From: an uncultured Thiomicrospira sp.
Lineage (GTDB): Bacteria > Pseudomonadota > Gammaproteobacteria > CAKMZV01
Assembly: GCA_965195345.1 (NCBI GenBank)
Contig: OZ239628.1
Span: 416,001-480,000 of the forward strand
Length of the DNA stretch: 64,000 nucleotides
Direction: 5' to 3'
Shown here: one piece after another, positions 8,196 through 18,389 of the stretch
Position numbering within the stretch: the first letter of the stretch is position 1
Layout: each line of letters starts with the position of its first letter
Notes under the pieces: model-generated
Databases searched by the model: none
The model's input: the letters and a program-made list of their open reading frames with translations, nothing else
What the model was told of the DNA's origin: nothing
Program-made: the position numbers and the translations under genes

Positions 8196-11105
8196 GTGCT
8201 AATGAAAGTTCACTTTTCAAATTGTCCAAGTACCTTCCCAGCAATTATTGCTCAAGAATTAAGTGGAAATTCAAAGAAACCGCTCACACCGCTTCATTTT
8301 GTAGTTGAGGATTTTGCCACTGAGCAATGGCTGATTGAGGCATTGAGTCAATCCTTAAATACGATCGCAAATACTCGTATGCGTTATTGGAGAACGCTTT
8401 CTGGGGAATTAGCAGAACTCATGCAGATAGCTCCTACGCATTCTTTTGAAAAACGCAAACTTGCATGGAGGATTTATGACCTGCTGGTTGATCAGAAGGA
8501 AGTAAAACCTTATTGGCATGATCAAGCAAGCAGCGAAATTAAACGTTGGGGTTTAGCAAAAAAAATCAGTATCCTTTTTCAAGATTATCAAACGTACAGA
8601 GTAGATTGGCTGAAGCGTTGGGAGAGGGGCGAATTGCTGGGGCTTGGTAAGGAAGAAATTTGGCAAAGTAAATTGTGGCAACGCTTAGCAATCGACACAA
8701 AGGATGACAATATTCCTATATTTAAGCAGCACGAAGAAATACTTAATACTGCAATGCAAAAAAGAAGCGAAATGCGCAGATTATTTGAAAATCATTTTGG
8801 AGAGCGTTTTTTTGTAATAATCACACCAGAAATGCTTCCGATTTGTAACATATTACAGGCAGTCGATACATTTGTTGATGTGCATGTATTTTGGTTGAAT
8901 CCTTGTAAAGAGTATTGGGGAGATTCGCCAAGGTGGTGGTTAGAGAAGAGTTTGGGTTTGGAAAGTAAAACGCAATTACCCCCCCCAGAGTGCAATCCTT
9001 TGCTTGCTAACTGGGGGCAACAATCGGCTCGCCTGCTGGATCGATTGATTGGAATGACTGATTCAATTGAAGAATATTATCGAACACTCGATGACAGCAA
9101 ACAATTAGGTTATTTAAAACATACGCTACTGGAAGATAGTCCTTTGCAGATTGAGTACGTTGATGATTCCTTGCAAATAATTGAAACCGATTCAATTGTC
9201 AATGAAATTGAGCTGGCGCGACAAAAAATAGAAATTGAGCTTGCTGAAGACCCCTCCATAGCCTTGCACGAATGCACCGTTGCACTGGCTAACTATGAAG
9301 AATATGCTCCATTCATTTCAGCAGTTTTTCATGATGTCCCCCACAGCACTGTACACAACTCACTTGATGAAGTATCTGTTGCACTTCTTCAACTATTGGA
9401 TTTTATGGTTTCGCCTGTTCAACTTTTATGGAAATGGCAAGTGTTTTTGAAATCGGATTCGGTTTTAGAAAAACTAAACGAAAATTTAAGAGAAACAGAG
9501 TCATTTACACCTAAACACATAGATGATATTTGTGAAGCGTTGTTTCAAATTGGCGTCCGTGAAGGGCCTTTAACTGGAAAGGATGGGTTGAGTGGTCTTG
9601 ATTGGGATAATGCATTTTCTGTCCTTACTTCGAGTATTTTAAAAGGAGATGATTTAGATTCGGGGAAACGATTGTCAGGTTTAGTATCTTTAAAAAAGAT
9701 ACCGTTGTTGCGCTCGATATTCGCCTATATAGAAAAATTACGTACGCATTACGGTCAATTCAATCAAATACGAGATGCAGCCCATTGGAATCAATACCTT
9801 ACACAAGTTAGCCAAGATGCTTTTTCAGGCAAAATGAATGGTCTAAGTTTATTATTGGGGAAATGGCAATCAGAAAGCACAAGTAATCATATTCATTGGG
9901 AAGTAGCTGTGCAAAGTTTGCAGGATTATGCACTACGCGATAAACTTAGTGCTTCTCCACGCAATAATGGTGGAATTCGCTGTGCGCCGTTAAGTATGGC
10001 GCATGCTATCCCTAGCAAAATAATGGTGGTTTTAGGAGCAAAAAATGTTGATAAAAGCATATGGGGTGAAGTGGACCTTATGCAAAAAAATCCTAGAATT
10101 GACGACAGCACGCTTATGGGGACGTTAACCAAACAACTCATTAATACCATTCTTGTTGCGCAAAAAAAATTGATTTTTATCCGAAGCCGTAATCACCAAA
10201 GCAGTTTGCTCATGCCAATTGAGCAGTTAGTGGGGAAAATAAATAAATGCCCTGAAAAAAGAAAGCTCGCATCAGAATATTTAGAAACTGATTGTGCAAT
10301 AACGCCCAGAGTTAAGAAAATCCTAAAAATTAATAGAATGTTTCATGTTGATAAGCTCGTTCAGTTTATGCAGAACCCATTAAGAGCTTATTTAAGTCAT
10401 CAAGGGATAAGAGATATTTACTCTACGCCGAAAGAAGTTGATAGAACTAAATGGGAAAAGGATGAATCTAAGTCGGCTGAATTGATGCGTGTTCATGATC
10501 TGCTTATGCACAGCCCTAATAAAGCATTAGAAATTAGAGCTAAGGAGCAACTTGTTCCTGATGTTGAAGTTTTAAAAAAGATATTTCATAATATGGAGCA
10601 ATGGTTGAAGAGTCGCACCAACATGCAAACAACCCCTTTGCAGAAAGTTCGCTTAAGTGATTGGTGTTGTTATGGGAGTGATTTTTGTGAGGATAGTGAA
10701 AGTTATTGGCTAATAACTGGCGCTACTGATCTGGAAGCATACATAAAAACGAAGGCAGATGTATGGCATAATTTTTTGTGCGCAACAGGTGAAGAAAAAC
10801 CTATGGGAGTGGTTCTGCTTAGGGAGAAAAACAAGAAAACAATAGTGTTTGACTCCATTGATTGCAAGGATGCCAAGCAGACGTTGCAAGAAATGTGCGA
10901 AAAGTGGCAAAATGGATTAAATACTCCTTGGCACTTCTACCCCAAAGCATACCATAAAAAACAGAGAAAAGAAGAGAGGCAGCAAGGCGATTTTGAGCGT
11001 GCAGTAATAAATGCATTGTATGGAGAAAAAGGTGATATGCACGATTTCAGTATCAAGCAACTGAGCAAGGACAGGACGATAGCTGACATTCTTGCAGATA
11101 TTTGA
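8196..11105 (+). CDS. recC: Exodeoxyribonuclease V gamma subunit-like protein (divergent RecC)
   Basis: RecC-like motifs LAWRIYDLL, LFQDYQTYRVDWLKRWE, WQSKLWQRL, NPCKEYWGD, NPLLANWG and FMQNPLRAYL. Confidence 0.8.
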   Translation: MLMKVHFSNCPSTFPAIIAQELSGNSKKPLTPLHFVVEDFATEQWLIEALSQSLNTIANTRMRYWRTLSGELAELMQIAPTHSFEKRKLAWRIYDLLVDQKEVKPYWHDQASSEIKRWGLAKKISILFQDYQTYRVDWLKRWERGELLGLGKEEIWQSKLWQRLAIDTKDDNIPIFKQHEEILNTAMQKRSEMRRLFENHFGERFFVIITPEMLPICNILQAVDTFVDVHVFWLNPCKEYWGDSPRWWLEKSLGLESKTQLPPPECNPLLANWGQQSARLLDRLIGMTDSIEEYYRTLDDSKQLGYLKHTLLEDSPLQIEYVDDSLQIIETDSIVNEIELARQKIEIELAEDPSIALHECTVALANYEEYAPFISAVFHDVPHSTVHNSLDEVSVALLQLLDFMVSPVQLLWKWQVFLKSDSVLEKLNENLRETESFTPKHIDDICEALFQIGVREGPLTGKDGLSGLDWDNAFSVLTSSILKGDDLDSGKRLSGLVSLKKIPLLRSIFAYIEKLRTHYGQFNQIRDAAHWNQYLTQVSQDAFSGKMNGLSLLLGKWQSESTSNHIHWEVAVQSLQDYALRDKLSASPRNNGGIRCAPLSMAHAIPSKIMVVLGAKNVDKSIWGEVDLMQKNPRIDDSTLMGTLTKQLINTILVAQKKLIFIRSRNHQSSLLMPIEQLVGKINKCPEKRKLASEYLETDCAITPRVKKILKINRMFHVDKLVQFMQNPLRAYLSHQGIRDIYSTPKEVDRTKWEKDESKSAELMRVHDLLMHSPNKALEIRAKEQLVPDVEVLKKIFHNMEQWLKSRTNMQTTPLQKVRLSDWCCYGSDFCEDSESYWLITGATDLEAYIKTKADVWHNFLCATGEEKPMGVVLLREKNKKTIVFDSIDCKDAKQTLQEMCEKWQNGLNTPWHFYPKAYHKKQRKEERQQGDFERAVINALYGEKGDMHDFSIKQLSKDRTIADILADI

Positions 11106-11110
11106 CCGCT

Positions 11111-11596
11111 CTAAAGATGCGAAATGGGCAGTGCGGTTGTGTCTTTAGAGCGCTCGAGAACCATGGTTGCAGAAACCAATTTGATGCATAGTAATCCAGC
11201 AAGTTTGTGGTAGAAAATATCGTAGCCCTTCTTGTCTTTAAAAACAGCATGTATCACAAAATCGGTTGCGCCCATTGTGCGAAAACAAGTTAGCACATTT
11301 TCTGAAGATTGGGCGAATGCGTTTATTTGATCAATGTATTCAATACTGTGTTCTTTAAGCGTAAGCGAAATGAGAACTTCAATTTCAAGCTCTAGCTTTT
11401 CCCATGAAAGCAAAGCAACTTCTGACGCTATATAACTGCCATCCTCCAAATTCTTAATACGTTTCCAAACCGCAGCCGTAGATAAATTAAGATGCTGTGC
11501 TAATTTGGCAGTAGACTGGGCGCTGTTTTTTTGCAGATGCTCCAGTATCTTTTTATCAAAATCATCGATTTTTTTCTGGGAATTTTTTTTCGTCAT
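11111..11596 (-). CDS. Lrp/AsnC family transcriptional regulator
   Basis: IDDFDKKILEHLQKN, HTH LSTAAVWKRIKNLEDG and C-terminal KDTTALP. Confidence 0.9.
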   Translation of the reverse strand: MTKKNSQKKIDDFDKKILEHLQKNSAQSTAKLAQHLNLSTAAVWKRIKNLEDGSYIASEVALLSWEKLELEIEVLISLTLKEHSIEYIDQINAFAQSSENVLTCFRTMGATDFVIHAVFKDKKGYDIFYHKLAGLLCIKLVSATMVLERSKDTTALPISHL

Positions 11597-11742
11597 TTAA
11601 GGCATTTGGTAAATCAATCATCGAATAAGTCGATGAAAAAGGAAAAATATTTTTATTTTCATGATTATATTTCAATTAGTATTGTAATCGTGTTTAATGC
11701 GATTTTTTCAAATGGATAACATTATTTTAAAAGGAGCTTGTT

Positions 11743-12375
11743 ATGAGTTTACAGTTAGGAGACGTAGTTCCTGATTTTAGTCAGGATTCATCTGAGGGGA
11801 CGATTGATTTTCACGAATGGCTTGGGGATAGTTGGGGTGTTTTATTTTCACATCCTAAAGATTTTACTCCAGTATGCACCACCGAATTGGCAAGGGCAGC
11901 ATATCTGAAGCCAGAGTTTGATAAACGAAATGCCAAAATTATTGGAGTTTCGGTCGATTCAACAAAGAATCATCAACAATGGTTTGAAGACATTGCGGAC
12001 ACTCAAAATCAAAAAATGAATTTCCCAGTACTGGCGGATCATGATCGTAGAGTGGCAAATGCTTACGGTATGATTCACCCGAATGTCGATGATACGTTCA
12101 CTGTACGAACAGTATTTGTTATTGATCACAATAAAAAATTGCGATTGACCTTCACATATCCGCCAAGCACAGGGCGTAATTTTGATGAAATATTGCGTGC
12201 CATTGACAGTTTGCAGCTTACTGACAACTATAAAGTAGCGACTCCAGTCGATTGGCAACAAGGCGATGATGTCATCATCTTACCTTCCGTAAACAGTGAA
12301 GATGCACAGAAATTATTTCCACAAGGGTGGGATGAAAAGCGTCCTTATTTACGTCTTGTTAAGCAACCGTCTTAA
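11743..12375 (+). CDS. 1-Cys peroxiredoxin (Prx6/LsfA-like)
   Basis: FSHPKDFTPVCTTE, YPPSTGRNFDEILR and VATPVDW. Confidence 0.93.
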   Translation: MSLQLGDVVPDFSQDSSEGTIDFHEWLGDSWGVLFSHPKDFTPVCTTELARAAYLKPEFDKRNAKIIGVSVDSTKNHQQWFEDIADTQNQKMNFPVLADHDRRVANAYGMIHPNVDDTFTVRTVFVIDHNKKLRLTFTYPPSTGRNFDEILRAIDSLQLTDNYKVATPVDWQQGDDVIILPSVNSEDAQKLFPQGWDEKRPYLRLVKQPS

Positions 12376-12394
12376 CTATCTGAGCAATAAATAG

Positions 12395-14134
12395 ATGTCT
12401 GAATATCAAGCAATAATTCAACGGGTTGTTGTCCTTGAACGCGATAATTTGTTACGACTGAGTGGTTTTTTGGAAGGACTTCTGTCAAGTAACACTCCAT
12501 CAATTGCGGGATTAGAGGCTGCGGCGTTATCGACAGAACAGACGCAAAAGCTGGTTATAGTCTATGCAAGTCAATCGGGCAATGCGCAAGAAGTTGCAGA
12601 GAAGGTGGGCGCAGATTTTAGTGGCAAAAATACTTCAGTGGAGTTATTAAATATTTCAGAAGTTCGACTAAAGAAAATGTCTGCATGGACCCATGCGTTG
12701 TTTATCGTAAGCACGCATGGTGAAGGCGAACCTCCTGATTCAGCACTTGCCTTCTTTGATCAAATGAACGGAAAGCGCGCTCCAGATGTTGCTAATTTAC
12801 ATTATGCGGTGATTGCTCTTGGAGATAAAAGTTACGATCAGTTTTGCTCTTTTGGTGTTTGGATCGATGAACGGTTTCATGCACTCGGGGCGACTCGTTT
12901 GCATCCTCGTATTGATTGTGATGTTGACTATCAAGAGGCAGTAGATGGTTGGTTGCAAGAGTTCGAAGGCCATCTTAATAAAAACAAAACCGCTCATGCT
13001 TCTACAACAATGCCCGTAAAAAGTGGGGTGGTTGTCGATGCCAATTCTCCTGTTGTCTGCGAGGTTATTAGCTGTATCAACCTATGCACTGATGAGGCGG
13101 ATAAAAAAGTTTTCCACGCTGAGCTTGAAGCTCCGGGTTTAGTGTACAAGCCAGGTGATAGTCTGGGAGTATTGGTTGAGAATCCGCCAGAATTGGTTGA
13201 GCAATTATTAGATATTACTAAGTTTGATGCGAAAGCCATTGTTCAACTTGGTCAGAATCAGGGCGAATTGGTAGATATTCTTACGCATCATGCGGAGCTA
13301 TATCGTTTGACAGAACGTCAACTGACCAATTTGGTAAAACAATATCCGCAAGATTTTTTAAGTGAACAATTGGAAGATGCGACTATACGGTCCGATTTTA
13401 TTTTCACAAATGATTGGTTATCGTTGCTGCAAGTATATGGACATTCTCCATTTCCCAATGCCCAACAGTTTGTAGATGCATTGCAAGCACAGTCAAGACG
13501 TCTATACTCCATTAGTTCAAGCCCTGCGATGCATGAGGATGAAGTTCACCTAACAGTACGCTTGCGTGAGTTTGGCGAAGATCATCGATTTGGATTGATT
13601 TCTGGAAGCATTGCTCGTTGGAAAGAGGGAGATAAGGCACGCGTGTATTTGAAGGCGAATCGAAATTTTCGTTTGCCAACAGACACCGCATTACCAATTG
13701 TTATGATTGGTGCTGGTACAGGATTGGCACCGTTTCGTAGTTTTCTTTTTGAACGCCAAGAGCTCGGGTTGAAATCGCCTTCGTGGTTGTTTTTTGGTGA
13801 GCAACATTTCAGAAGTAGTTTCTTGTATCAAAGCGAATGGTTGAAGCTTCTTGAAAAAGGTGGATTGAGTAAATTGACAACTGCCTTTTCGAGGGATGGC
13901 GAGTCATCGAGCTATGTGCAAGATCGAGTGGTTGAAAATGGAGAAGAGTTATTTGATTGGATCAAGCAAGGTTCGGTAATTTATGTTTGTGGTAGCGCAG
14001 ATGGGATGGCACCTATGGTGCATCAAGCACTAATGCAAGTGCTACAAAAATGGGGCGGAGTAAGTCAGGAAGAAGCAACGCAGCGTTTGCAAATGATGTT
14101 AGCGGAAGGACAGTACAAGAGAGATGTGTATTAA
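12395..14134 (+). CDS. cysJ: Assimilatory sulfite reductase flavoprotein subunit
   Basis: Flavodoxin motifs YASQSGNA and STHGEGEPPD, RLYSISSS, GAGTGLAPFRSF, C-terminal YKRDVY. Confidence 0.93.
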   Translation: MSEYQAIIQRVVVLERDNLLRLSGFLEGLLSSNTPSIAGLEAAALSTEQTQKLVIVYASQSGNAQEVAEKVGADFSGKNTSVELLNISEVRLKKMSAWTHALFIVSTHGEGEPPDSALAFFDQMNGKRAPDVANLHYAVIALGDKSYDQFCSFGVWIDERFHALGATRLHPRIDCDVDYQEAVDGWLQEFEGHLNKNKTAHASTTMPVKSGVVVDANSPVVCEVISCINLCTDEADKKVFHAELEAPGLVYKPGDSLGVLVENPPELVEQLLDITKFDAKAIVQLGQNQGELVDILTHHAELYRLTERQLTNLVKQYPQDFLSEQLEDATIRSDFIFTNDWLSLLQVYGHSPFPNAQQFVDALQAQSRRLYSISSSPAMHEDEVHLTVRLREFGEDHRFGLISGSIARWKEGDKARVYLKANRNFRLPTDTALPIVMIGAGTGLAPFRSFLFERQELGLKSPSWLFFGEQHFRSSFLYQSEWLKLLEKGGLSKLTTAFSRDGESSSYVQDRVVENGEELFDWIKQGSVIYVCGSADGMAPMVHQALMQVLQKWGGVSQEEATQRLQMMLAEGQYKRDVY

Positions 14135-14137
14135 ACT

Positions 14138-15904
14138 ATGAATCATTCATCAGAACAGGACAAGAAAAAATTAACGTTAAATCAATTGGTTGAGAATCCA
14201 AGTGAGAACGAGAAAATCAAGGATAAAAGTAATTATCTGCGAGGAACTATTGTTGAAGATTTGGCAGTGGGAGTGAGTGCCAATATCTCTGCAGATAATG
14301 CACAACTAACTAAGTTTCATGGTACATATATTCAAGATGATCGTGATCAGCGGTTGATTAGACAACAGAAAAAACTCGAACCAGCGTGGTCTTTCATGAC
14401 ACGAGTTCGCATTCCAGGAGGCGTTTTATCTGCTAAACAATGGGTGGCAACGGATGATATAGCGGATAAATGGGCGAATGGGCGAATAAAGTTAACCACT
14501 CGCCAAGCCGTTCAGTTTCATGGCATTATTAAGTTTGACTTGAAAAAATCAATGCAAGATTTGCATGCCGCAAGCATGGATTCGATTGCCGCTTGTGGCG
14601 ATGTTAATCGAAATGTTATGTGTTCTTCGCTTCCAGATGAACATTCCATTCATGCGCAGACGTTACCTTGGGCAGACGCCATCAGCGCTCATCTTTTACC
14701 GCAAACATCCGCTTGGTATGATATATGGATTGATGGTGCGAAGCAGGAACAAGCATCGTTAGAGAGTGAAAGTGTTGAACCAACATCTGAACCAATATAC
14801 GGCAAGCACTACTTACCGCGTAAATTCAAAATAGCTATTGCTATTCCACCCTTTAATGATACGGATATTTATTCCAATGACATTGGATTGGTGGCAATAG
14901 GCAATAAAGGTAAATTAGCAGGCTTTAATGTCTTTGCTGGTGGCGGGCTTGGCACAACTCATGCGGATGACAGCACTTATGCACGACTTGCCTCAGCGAT
15001 GGGTTTTTGCAAACCAGATCAAGTTTTGAAAGTATGTGAAAACATCATGACTATACAGCGTGATTACGGCAATCGTAGTGTGCGCAAGAATGCTCGTTTG
15101 AAATACACCATTGATAAATTGGGCGTGGAGTGGTTTAAGGAAGAACTTCAAAAACGCTGTGGCTTTTCTCTAACTGGGATTAAACCTTTTGTATTCGAGC
15201 ACAATGGCGACCATTATGGTTGGAGTACAGATGCGCAAGGGTTAGGTTATCTTCTATTACATATAGAGCATGGACGAGTTTATGATACAGGCACTTCTCA
15301 AGTGAAGAAAGCCTTGCGCGAGATTGCAGATAAGGGGATTTGTGACTTTAGGCTAACAGGCAATCAGAACCTCATATTGGGAGGAATTCAACCAAAGCAT
15401 AAAGCAAAAGTTAGCGCTGTTTTAGCCAAATATAAAGTCAACGAGAATGCAAATGACATCAGTGCTATGCGCCGCCATGCCATCGCTTGCGTTGCGCTAC
15501 CAACGTGCGCATTAGCAATGGCAGAAGCACAGCGCTACTTGCCTGAGTTGATTGGAAAAATCGAGCCTATATTATCGAAATACGAGTTATTACAAGATGA
15601 CATCAATATTCGTATGACGGGCTGTCCAAATGGGTGCGCTCGCCCTTGGCTTGGAGAAATAGCATTTATTGGTAAATCATTGAATCGCTACAATATGTAT
15701 TTAGGTGCTGCATTTGATGGCTCACGTATGAACGCCCTATATCGAGAAAACATCGATGAAACAATGATCTTAGATGAATTAGAGAGCTTGATTGAGCAGT
15801 TTGCTAAAAAGCGGCGAGCAGGGGAGCATTTTGGTGATTTTGCTATTCGTGAGAAATGGGTAGACCCCTCGTTAGCAGGCAGAACAATCATTCCTTTGGT
15901 ATAG
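14138..15904 (+). CDS. cysI: Assimilatory sulfite reductase hemoprotein subunit
   Basis: KFHGTYIQDDRD, ACGDVNRN, YLPRKFK, CVALPTC and TGCPNGC siroheme/4Fe-4S ligands. Confidence 0.96.
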   Translation: MNHSSEQDKKKLTLNQLVENPSENEKIKDKSNYLRGTIVEDLAVGVSANISADNAQLTKFHGTYIQDDRDQRLIRQQKKLEPAWSFMTRVRIPGGVLSAKQWVATDDIADKWANGRIKLTTRQAVQFHGIIKFDLKKSMQDLHAASMDSIAACGDVNRNVMCSSLPDEHSIHAQTLPWADAISAHLLPQTSAWYDIWIDGAKQEQASLESESVEPTSEPIYGKHYLPRKFKIAIAIPPFNDTDIYSNDIGLVAIGNKGKLAGFNVFAGGGLGTTHADDSTYARLASAMGFCKPDQVLKVCENIMTIQRDYGNRSVRKNARLKYTIDKLGVEWFKEELQKRCGFSLTGIKPFVFEHNGDHYGWSTDAQGLGYLLLHIEHGRVYDTGTSQVKKALREIADKGICDFRLTGNQNLILGGIQPKHKAKVSAVLAKYKVNENANDISAMRRHAIACVALPTCALAMAEAQRYLPELIGKIEPILSKYELLQDDINIRMTGCPNGCARPWLGEIAFIGKSLNRYNMYLGAAFDGSRMNALYRENIDETMILDELESLIEQFAKKRRAGEHFGDFAIREKWVDPSLAGRTIIPLV

Positions 15905-15911
15905 CTCAATA

Positions 15912-17282
15912 ATGCGCTACTTTCCTTTTTTCTTTAAATTAGATGCGCTTTCTCTTTTAGTCGTCGGGGGCGGTGATATTGCATTATCAAAGGTACGCCT
16001 GCTGCTCAAATCTAAGGCAAATATATTATTAATAGCCCCGAAAATCAGAGAGGATTTGCAAACGCTTTTAAAAGATAAGGGTGCCTCATTTGAACAGCGC
16101 ACCGTATGTGAGGAGGATATTCGTTGTGCCAATCTTATTATTTGTGCGACTGACGATGCAACTATCAATGACGAAGTGTATCGATGGGCGAAACACCACC
16201 ACAAGCTTATCAATGTAGTAGACAGTATCCCACATTGTGATTTTATTTTTCCAGCACTTGTAGAGCGAGGGGAGTTAACCGTAGCAATTTCTACGGGTGG
16301 TGTTGCGCCTGTGTTTGCTAATTGGTTGCGTACCCGTATTGAACAGTCTTTGCCTAAAAATGCCGAAATTGTATTAGAGGTTTTACAAAAATTGAGACAG
16401 CGGATCAAAAGCGCTATCCCAAATGTGCGAAGCAGACGTACATTCTATGCCCAAACAATTGAAGGTGGTTTGTTGGCTAATAATAAGGTTGAATTTGCAG
16501 CACAAGTTGAGCAACGACTAAGCCCTTTTGATGCTTCACAAAAAGACCATGTTGTAAAAACCCAAAAAGGGAAAGTGTTCTTAGTCGGAGCAGGGCCGGG
16601 AGATCCAGAGCTGTTGACTTTAAGAGCGCATCGTGTTCTTCAGCAAGCTGACGTTATCCTTTATGACCGCTTAGTGGGTGAAGCCGTTTTAGACCTTTCG
16701 AGACGTGAAGCAAAACGAGTGTTTGTTGGGAAAGCGCGTAGCAATCATTATAAAAAGCAAGAAGAAATCAATCAACTATTGGTTGATTATGCAAACAAAG
16801 GCGATATGGTGGTGCGCCTTAAGGGAGGGGATCCATTTATTTTTGGGAGAGGGGGAGAAGAGTTGCATCAGCTTAATCAACATGGCATAGACGTTGAAGT
16901 AATACCTGGAATTAGTGCGGCGAACGGATGTGCTGCACGCTTTAAAATACCCCTAACGTTGCGTGGAGTATCTGATAGGCTGACATATTTAACGACCTTT
17001 GATGATGGTTTAGATGATTTAGACTGGCAACAGTTGGCACGATGCACTCACACATTAGCACTCTATATGAGCCTTGCAACTCTCCCAAAAGTATGTCAAA
17101 AATTGATCGAATTCGGTGCTTCTTTAGATCATCCGTTGGCGATTATTGAGAAAGGGACACTTGAAAATGAAAGAATTCACTACAGCAACCTTTCCGATAT
17201 TGCCACAAATGGCACCAAAAATTTTCAATCCCCAGCATTAACAATCATAGGATTAGTTGCCACTAATAAATTCATCGTTTAG
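15912..17282 (+). CDS. cysG: Siroheme synthase (multifunctional)
   Basis: N-terminal VVGGGDIA dehydrogenase domain; C-terminal LVGAGPGDPELLT and RLKGGDPFIFGRGGEE. Confidence 0.94.
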   Translation: MRYFPFFFKLDALSLLVVGGGDIALSKVRLLLKSKANILLIAPKIREDLQTLLKDKGASFEQRTVCEEDIRCANLIICATDDATINDEVYRWAKHHHKLINVVDSIPHCDFIFPALVERGELTVAISTGGVAPVFANWLRTRIEQSLPKNAEIVLEVLQKLRQRIKSAIPNVRSRRTFYAQTIEGGLLANNKVEFAAQVEQRLSPFDASQKDHVVKTQKGKVFLVGAGPGDPELLTLRAHRVLQQADVILYDRLVGEAVLDLSRREAKRVFVGKARSNHYKKQEEINQLLVDYANKGDMVVRLKGGDPFIFGRGGEELHQLNQHGIDVEVIPGISAANGCAARFKIPLTLRGVSDRLTYLTTFDDGLDDLDWQQLARCTHTLALYMSLATLPKVCQKLIEFGASLDHPLAIIEKGTLENERIHYSNLSDIATNGTKNFQSPALTIIGLVATNKFIV

Positions 17283-17379
17283 TCACAAAAAAAACCGTTA
17301 TAACATGCTTTATATGTATGGCATGTTAAGCTATGTATGATGCAACATCATATCCCCACTAGCTACTCAAGAGGACGCA

Positions 17380-17862
17380 ATGAAAAATGTTATATTTATA
17401 GGCGTTGCCATATTTTATTTATTAACAGGTTGTTCAGCAACAGTTCCGATGGCAACAAATGAAGAAGCAAAAAGAGTACAACAACTCAATGAACCCAGCC
17501 CTGGAATGGCAGGGATTTATGTTTATCGTGGAGATAAATTCGTTGGAAGAGGTATTACAAGAGACGTGTGGATCAATAATGAATGCATCGGTGCAATTGC
17601 GCCTGAGACATTTCTTTATCACGAAGTCGAGGGAGACAAAGAGAATGAAATTGTTACGGAATCAAAGTCAGGATATAATAAACTAGTTCTTCTTACGAAA
17701 AAGGGAATGCTTTACTTTATAGAACAGTATGTAAAGGTAGGTTTTTTCACGGCTGGGGCAAATCTGAAAATTATTCATGAAGCTGTGGGCAAAGGTCTGG
17801 TGAGTCAATATGGGTTAGCTCAAAAAGGTAATTGTGATAATTCCCCGCCAAGTGAGGAGTAA
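17380..17862 (+). CDS. Lipoprotein, DUF2846-like
   Basis: Lipobox LTGC; AGIYVYR...ECIGAIAPETF pattern. Confidence 0.7.
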   Translation: MKNVIFIGVAIFYLLTGCSATVPMATNEEAKRVQQLNEPSPGMAGIYVYRGDKFVGRGITRDVWINNECIGAIAPETFLYHEVEGDKENEIVTESKSGYNKLVLLTKKGMLYFIEQYVKVGFFTAGANLKIIHEAVGKGLVSQYGLAQKGNCDNSPPSEE

Positions 17863-17952
17863 AGGATAGAGATAACAGTTTTTTCTGTTGCAGTACACAT
17901 GGCTTTACCATGAAAGTTTTGATGTAGTAAGGTTTTGTAGTTGAAGTTCGTT

Positions 17953-17998
17953 TTGAAAAATTGTGTTGGCTGACATATAATGTAACGTTGTAACATTA
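17953..17998 (+). promoter_or_regulatory. Sigma70 promoter overlapped by a Zur-box-like palindrome
   Basis: TTGAAA (17953)-17 bp-TATAAT (17976); TAATGTAACGTTGTAACATTA at 17978-17998 resembles the Zur consensus. Confidence 0.65.
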
Positions 17999-18017
17999 CT
18001 TTTTCAAAAGGCGCGCT

Positions 18018-18389
18018 ATGAAAAGAGACTTATGGGGCATTTCCTGCTCAATTCTTTGTTTGGTTCATTGTTTGATTACATTGCTCGCAAGTATTGGCGG
18101 TGTGGCGATTCTTGCTGAGTTAGCTCATGGGGGGGATCACGACGTGCATCTGCACGCTGTCCTCATTATTCCTATCGCATTATTCGCGTTATTAAGCTTC
18201 CCTGCTTGCTATAAAAAACATCGCAACCACTTTCCCTTAATAATGGCTATTATAGGTTTGGTTGGCATAATGATTGCCTTACTGTTGCCTCCAGTATGGG
18301 AAACCGTATTTACCGTCGTTGGAAGTTTGTTTTTGGTGGCTGCTCATGGTTGGAATTATCGGTTGAATTTTACTGCCCAATGTCTTTAA
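18018..18389 (+). CDS. MerC-domain membrane protein
   Basis: DLWGISCSILCLVHC N-terminal motif, four hydrophobic helices and a His-rich loop. Confidence 0.75.
   Translation: MKRDLWGISCSILCLVHCLITLLASIGGVAILAELAHGGDHDVHLHAVLIIPIALFALLSFPACYKKHRNHFPLIMAIIGLVGIMIALLLPPVWETVFTVVGSLFLVAAHGWNYRLNFTAQCL

Noticed and set aside
17301-17351. Inverted repeats after cysG (TAACATGC-N12-GCATGTTA and ATGATG-caa-CATCAT)
   Set aside because: No U-tract and no second copy; cannot distinguish terminator, operator or chance.
18018-18389. Mercury resistance locus
   Set aside because: No merA, merR, merT or merP; the context points to Zur-type metal homeostasis.
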